Part shown: positions 58,874 to 64,000 of the stretch, one piece after another
How positions within the stretch are numbered: position 1 is the first letter of the stretch
Layout: every line of letters begins with the position of its first letter
NCBI GenBank assembly: GCA_963665115.1
Contig: OY762007.1
Span: forward strand, 768,001-832,000
Length of the DNA stretch: 64,000 bases
Reading direction: 5' to 3'
Origin: an uncultured Rivularia sp.
GTDB taxonomy: Bacteria > Cyanobacteriota > Cyanobacteriia > Cyanobacteriales > Nostocaceae
Notes under the pieces: generated by a model
What the model was told of the DNA's origin: nothing
Database searches by the model: none
Seen by the model: only the letters and a program-made list of their open reading frames with translations
Position numbers and translations under genes: made by a program

Positions 58874-59651
58874 TTATTTACTAGCTACCACAGTATTTTC
58901 TAAGCGGCCGATACCTTCTATTTCAACACGAACGCGATCGCCACAATTTAATGGACCGACTCCCAAAGGTGTACCTGTTAGTATTACATCTCCCGGTAGT
59001 AGTGTCATTACTTGACTAATGTAAGACACTACAGTCTCCGGAGAAAACACCATTTGGTCGATGCAGGCAGATTGAACGGGAGTTGGATCATCATTCAAAA
59101 AAGTTTGCAATCTAGCACCAGGACTTACTTCTCTAACAATCCACGGCCCCTAAAGGACAAAAAGTATCGAAACCTTTAGCACGAGTCCATTGTCCATCGC
59201 GTTTCTGCAAATCTCTTGCTGTCACATCATTAGCAATGGTATAACCCCAGATTTTAGTTTCAGCAGACTTTGGAGTACATTTAGTTGCCGAATCGCCAAT
59301 AATCAGCGCTAATTCTCCTTCATAATCTACCCGCTGTGTAACTTGCGGATATTGAATTTCTGCCTCTGAAGGAATAACGCAAGTAGGCGGTTTGAGAAAA
59401 ATCAGAGGTTCTTCTGGTACTTTTGTACCCATTTCAGCAGCATGATCGGCATAATTTTTGCCCACTGCAATAATTTTAGAAGGAAAACAAGGAGCTAAAA
59501 TTAGGTAGCTATCTGGTTGTAATATTAAATCCGTGGGCTGACCTTGCAACCAAGGGGGAGCATCAAGAACTTGGACGTTAAGATCCAGATGCAGCAAACC
59601 GTAGTAGATTATCCCTTCAGAATTTTGAACTCGCACATACCGTTGCGCCAT
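58874..59651 (-). CDS. fumarylacetoacetate hydrolase family protein (split by apparent +1 indel at ~59147)
   Basis: GKNYADH, DYEGEL, NDVTARD, FCPLG/PWIV join, TGTP. Confidence 0.88.
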
Positions 59652-60111
59652 AATAGTAGATTACTTCCTTTTGATTGTTTACCCAAAAATTTAGTATTTA
59701 TAACACGAGCAAGGCTTAGATAGTTCAGCCAATCTCCCGCGTCTTTGTCTAAAATTTAATTCGATAAATCGATAGCATAAGTCAATCGTTCATTACAGAT
59801 ATTTTGAGATAAAGAAATTACATTACCAGACCGAGGGTACAAACTTCTCTTTTATAAATCGGGCATAGGAAAGTATTCCTATGAAGCGTGTCCGGAAACT
59901 CTTAGTTTGGATAAAAGAAGGCTTCTCAGAAAAGCAACTACGGTCACAAAGCAGATTTTTAAAGTTTCGTCAATAAAAATCAAAAACTGGTAAGATTATA
60001 ATTCCTTGCTGCTCAAAATGTTTGCTTACTTACCTGAGTATCGCAATCCGTTGCTTGCTCTGCGAGGTTTTTTACATTGGCAGCCAAACGTCCAAAAGGA
60101 GATTAAAACCT

Positions 60112-60459
60112 ATGGCTACAAATTACGAGACGATGTACATTTTGCGCCCTGACTTGATAGACGAGCAAGTTGAGCAAAATATTTCTAAGTACGAAAATTT
60201 AATTAAGGAAAACGGTGCTGAAAGCGTTGAAATTCAAAATCGCGGCAAGCGTCGTTTAGCTTATGAGATTAACAAACATCGGGATGGAGTTTATGTTCAG
60301 ATGAACTACACTGCTGTTGGTAGCACTATTGCTCCGATGGAACGTGCTATGCGCTTAAGCGAAGAAGTAATTCGTTATTTGACTATCAAGCAGGATTTAG
60401 CAGAACAAGAGACAGCAGATGAGGAAACATCGGCAGCATCAATAGCTCAAGAAAGATAA
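60112..60459 (+). CDS. rpsF: 30S ribosomal protein S6
   Basis: [36 protein letters not shown]. Confidence 0.96.
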   Translation: MATNYETMYILRPDLIDEQVEQNISKYENLIKENGAESVEIQNRGKRRLAYEINKHRDGVYVQMNYTAVGSTIAPMERAMRLSEEVIRYLTIKQDLAEQETADEETSAASIAQER

Positions 60460-60754
60460 TATTCTTCTTTCCATGAGGGAAGATTTATATTAAATGAAAG
60501 GTAAGTTATCTCTTCATGTGCGACAATCGATCGGGTTTTTTGCAATTAAGTAAAATTAGAAATTATATTTTATGTACAAAAACCCGGTTTCTTTAGGCTT
60601 CGGCCAGAATAATTGCGTTAATAAAATTTAATCTTTAAAAAAAGTAAAAAAAATATACGTCTTTGCCCCTTGCCATTACAGCTAGGAATGTTACATTAAC
60701 AGTTACTTACCTCTAAGCGTGGAAAAGATTCCGTCCAGTAAATTGTAAGACACT

Positions 60755-61315
60755 GTGAGCCAAACAGATAACTCCACCATTCAAGCTCTCTCTACTGAAG
60801 TCTCTAAGTTGCGTCAAGAATTGCAGCTTCGCGATCAATTAGTGCAGCAGTTATCTCAAGAACTGTTCAGACTGGTAAAGGGTAATACCGATTTTATGCC
60901 CCAGCCAGAAGTTTCCGAACGTCATTCTATTGAGTTAAATGCTTTACGAGAACAATTGCAAGCAGTAGAAGAACAGGTAGGTTTTTACCAAGAGCAAATT
61001 AGCACTCGCGATAGCGAAATTTATCAATTGCGTCAGTCGGTTCAGGAACTAACTGACCGCTCTAGAATGTTAGAGCAAGTAGTGCAAGAACTACCTCAAA
61101 TTTACCGTCAAAAGTTCGAGGAGCGCATGGAGCCGGTAAGAGAAAAGGTAGCATTACTACAACAAGAAAACCGTCAACTGCAAGCGGAATTGCAAAGCGT
61201 AAGTTATCGCTTAGCCCTAAAATCTCGCACGGCTTCCCATAGCGGTATCGACTTGCCTTCATTTCCTCGGCCTACTAATCCACCAGGCAACGTTTCGACG
61301 GTGCCAAATGCTTAG
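60755..61315 (+). CDS. conserved cyanobacterial coiled-coil protein
   Basis: 'RDQLVQQLSQELFRLVKGN' plus heptad repeats. Confidence 0.8.
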   Translation: MSQTDNSTIQALSTEVSKLRQELQLRDQLVQQLSQELFRLVKGNTDFMPQPEVSERHSIELNALREQLQAVEEQVGFYQEQISTRDSEIYQLRQSVQELTDRSRMLEQVVQELPQIYRQKFEERMEPVREKVALLQQENRQLQAELQSVSYRLALKSRTASHSGIDLPSFPRPTNPPGNVSTVPNA

Positions 61316-61820
61316 TTAAAATGCTTTGCTCCCATGCAATTTATAATACGAGGAAGGTTTAGATAGTTTGTTGTCTGACCGGGATGATTCCTGCATCATC
61401 TTTTCTTATAATCCAAAATCTAAAATATAGCCGTTCCTTGAAGCGGTTTGGTCAAAATAATTCATCATTAACTGTATTTAAGTAAAAAGCTTATGGTCGT
61501 ATCTAGTGTTAAAGATATAGATTGAAAGCTTGTTACCCTTATTACACCGAGATAATTAGATTTTTGATTGGATATTAAGGATTAATGCTGTTTCTTATCG
61601 CAGAACCGGCGTTCCCTATTTCCTGCTCCCTTTTTTTAAACAGTTTAGTAACTCTAACAAGTACAGCTATAGCCAAAAAAAGAATTAGATATTAAACCCT
61701 CTTAAAATAAAAGAACATTAAGAAAAGTGTAAGAAAGTGAAGAATTACTCAGGAAAAATGATACAAACTGAGAAGTCCCAGTTTTACTTCTCCAAGTAAA
61801 TTCTTCGATTACTTACATAT

Positions 61821-62083
61821 GCGACGTACCTTCACCGCTCTGACGAATCGGTGCAAGTCTCTCGGCGAATCCTCCATGAGAACATTTACCGTTAGCGTAG
61901 CGTCTCCGGAGGAGATGCTTTGAAGCCCTACGCCCCAGGGACTTTTACAAAAAAAAATTTTTGCAGGCTGCATTTAATTGAATTACACCTACATCCGCAG
62001 ATTTTACCATAAATTCGGTTAGCAATTCATCCCGACACCTCCCTTACGGGTAGGTGTGGGACTTCCTACGATTGAAAGTTAAA
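61821..62083. mobile_element. probable IS200/IS605-derived non-autonomous element remnant
   Basis: Hairpin CACCG..CGGTG at left; subterminal hairpin CCCGACACCT..AGGTGTGGG before GAAAGTTAAA at right; no ORF. Confidence 0.4.
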
Positions 62084-62300
62084 AATAGCTAAAGTAACTT
62101 AACGACGCTCGCAAGCCAACTGCTGAGCATATTTGGCTTAAAGATATCGTGAAGAAAATATGGCGGTTGATAGAGATTCGTAGAATATGCCAGCCCAAAC
62201 TTCTAACACAAAAGTTGAGTTTGGCTTCGTTATTAAATAACTTGCTGCAATCAAAGATGACTTTAACACCTTTAGATATCAAGTTAATCGAAATGAAAAT

Positions 62301-62654
62301 TTAGCCAGCTACCGCCAAATCTTTGTATTCTAAGACACTTAGAGCGTCTTCATAAGTATTGAAAATTTCAAAAACAGAATCTAGGTGAGTAAGTTCCAGA
62401 ACCAACCGAACTGAAGCCGTTACATTGCAAATTACTAAACGACAATTATATTGACGTGCTGTTTTAAGTCCTTTAACTAAGCTGACTAAACCAGAACTGT
62501 CCATGAAATCAACCAATCGTAAGTCTACAACCCACAGTTGTTCTGAAGCAGGTGCTACCGAAGCAATCTGTTCGCTCAAAGCATTCCCACCCTGCAAGTC
62601 CATGCGGCCTTCGGGGTTAAACAAAGTAACTTGACGTTCGAATGTGAAAGTCAT
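62301..62654 (-). CDS. STAS-domain anti-sigma factor antagonist
   Basis: GRMD, 'VDFMDSSGL', 'VRLVLELTHLD'. Confidence 0.9.
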   Translation of the reverse strand: MTFTFERQVTLFNPEGRMDLQGGNALSEQIASVAPASEQLWVVDLRLVDFMDSSGLVSLVKGLKTARQYNCRLVICNVTASVRLVLELTHLDSVFEIFNTYEDALSVLEYKDLAVAG

Positions 62655-63270
62655 AAATTTAACTACTGGATAGTTGAAATACTTAAGAAAAAACAAAAAC
62701 AGACACAAATACGACTTTCTCTCTCAACTAGAAACCTACCGCTTTTACCTGCATATTAGATCGGGTATTTGGGCAGTATAATTGAGACAAAATCAGTCGG
62801 TATTTATGCCGTATCATTTGTCCAAACAATTTTCAGTATAGGCATAAGCGATTTGCTTTTTCCGTAGCAACCGCTTCTTTTACCAAATTTTTATAATTCT
62901 CTCAGAGTTTTATGAATTTTTGATAAAATTTTTGTTATGGATGCTGGGAATTGTAAGGTTGTGGTAAATGAAGATCCAAAATATTAGTTTTATTTAATAC
63001 AGCGAAAAAATAATATTTGATACGTTTTCTTTAGTGAAACCATCTTATCAGCAGTGTTAAGGCTGAAATGCACTACGAAGATTCAATGTTATTATAACCG
63101 ACATAAAAAGTATTAATAGTTACTATGTATATGTTTTAAATGCTTTTTAGATAAAGTCCGGATTGGGATAGATACTGCATAAGGTGAATAACCGTTGATT
63201 TTATTGACACCTTAAGTAAAAAAGAGTCAATATGTAGAAATGTAAAATTATATAAATAGGTTTAAGCTGG

Positions 63271-63903
63271 ATGTCTCTCGATTTCATATCACTGGAGAAT
63301 ATTCAGGAAATTGCTCATCAATACGGCTATTGGGCAATTTTTGTAGGAATTTTATTAGAAAACTTAGGCATTCCGCTTCCAGGTGAAACTGTGACTTTGG
63401 TAGGCGGCTTTTTAGCTGGTAACAACGAACTCAATTACTGGTTGGTTGTAGCAGATGCGGCAGCAGGTGCTGCTATTGGCGGAACTTGCGGCTATTGGAT
63501 TGGTAGAATCGGTGGTTGGCCATTGCTAATGCGTCTGGCAAATTTATTGAGAATTTCTGAAGTAAAAGTTCTTGGCATAAAAGAAAAATTTAGCGAAAAC
63601 GCTGCTAAAGCCGTATTCTTTGGCAGATTTTTTGCTTTATTAAGAATTTTCGCGGCTCCATTAGCCGGTATAGCTGAAATGCCTTTTGCGAAATTCTTGT
63701 TATACAACCTTTTAGGTGCTGGTGCTTGGGCTGGCGCAATGGTTTCATTGGCTTTCTTTGCTGGCAAAGTAGTATCTTTGGAACAAATGGTGCAATGGGT
63801 AGGTCAGTTTGCGATTTTCGCATTGCTAATTCTTGTTGCCGTAATCGCTATACCTTTATGGTTGGAGTCGCGGCAGGTTAAGGAAATAACAACTGAGGAA
63901 TAG
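63271..63903 (+). CDS. DedA family membrane protein
   Basis: 'LENLGIPLPGET', 'FFGRFFALLR..AGI'. Confidence 0.92.
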   Translation: MSLDFISLENIQEIAHQYGYWAIFVGILLENLGIPLPGETVTLVGGFLAGNNELNYWLVVADAAAGAAIGGTCGYWIGRIGGWPLLMRLANLLRISEVKVLGIKEKFSENAAKAVFFGRFFALLRIFAAPLAGIAEMPFAKFLLYNLLGAGAWAGAMVSLAFFAGKVVSLEQMVQWVGQFAIFALLILVAVIAIPLWLESRQVKEITTEE

Positions 63904-64000
63904 GGGATTGGGGATTGGGAATTCTTAGCTCCTAACTCCTAACTCCTAACTCCCTACTCCTAACTCCCTACTCCCTACTCCCTAGTCCCTACTCCCTACT
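63901..64000. repeat. heptamer tandem repeats (GGGGATT)n then (AACTCCT/TACTCCC)n
   Basis: Read directly; begins at the DedA stop codon. Confidence 0.85.

Overview
AT-rich chromosomal window from a cyanobacterium, most likely a filamentous Nostocales/Rivulariaceae-type strain. This assignment is inferred from abundant HIP1 (GCGATCGC), G-rich heptamer STRR arrays, and chlD, crtB, pds and Tic20. Most of it is core genes (trpG, dgkA, ybeY, prfB, pgm, dusA, chlD, rnc, glyA, rpsF, tRNA-Ser) plus a Wzx/Wzy-type exopolysaccharide cluster. The main find is a tandem array of three release-factor-2 genes at 7.85-11.5 kb. The canonical prfB has its CTT-TGA-C +1 frameshift. The two full-length (~359 aa) paralogs keep the SPF codon-reading motif and a +1 frameshift site after codon 25, but have lost the catalytic GGQ loop and the GAGG helix-tip motif. 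One paralog has CTT-TAG-C at the shift site, a stop read by RF1, not RF2. Other notable items: a RAYT transposase within a REP/REPIN array that interleaves with divergent pentapeptide-repeat genes; a five-gene operon with a Rab-like small GTPase (coiled-coil protein, membrane-anchored OmpA protein with a putative roadblock/longin-like domain, GTPase, small protein, His kinase); and triple-nested MITE/REP elements. Seven other frameshifts are 1-2 base insertions in short homopolymer runs and look like sequencing errors. All calls come from reading the sequence; no database searches were run.
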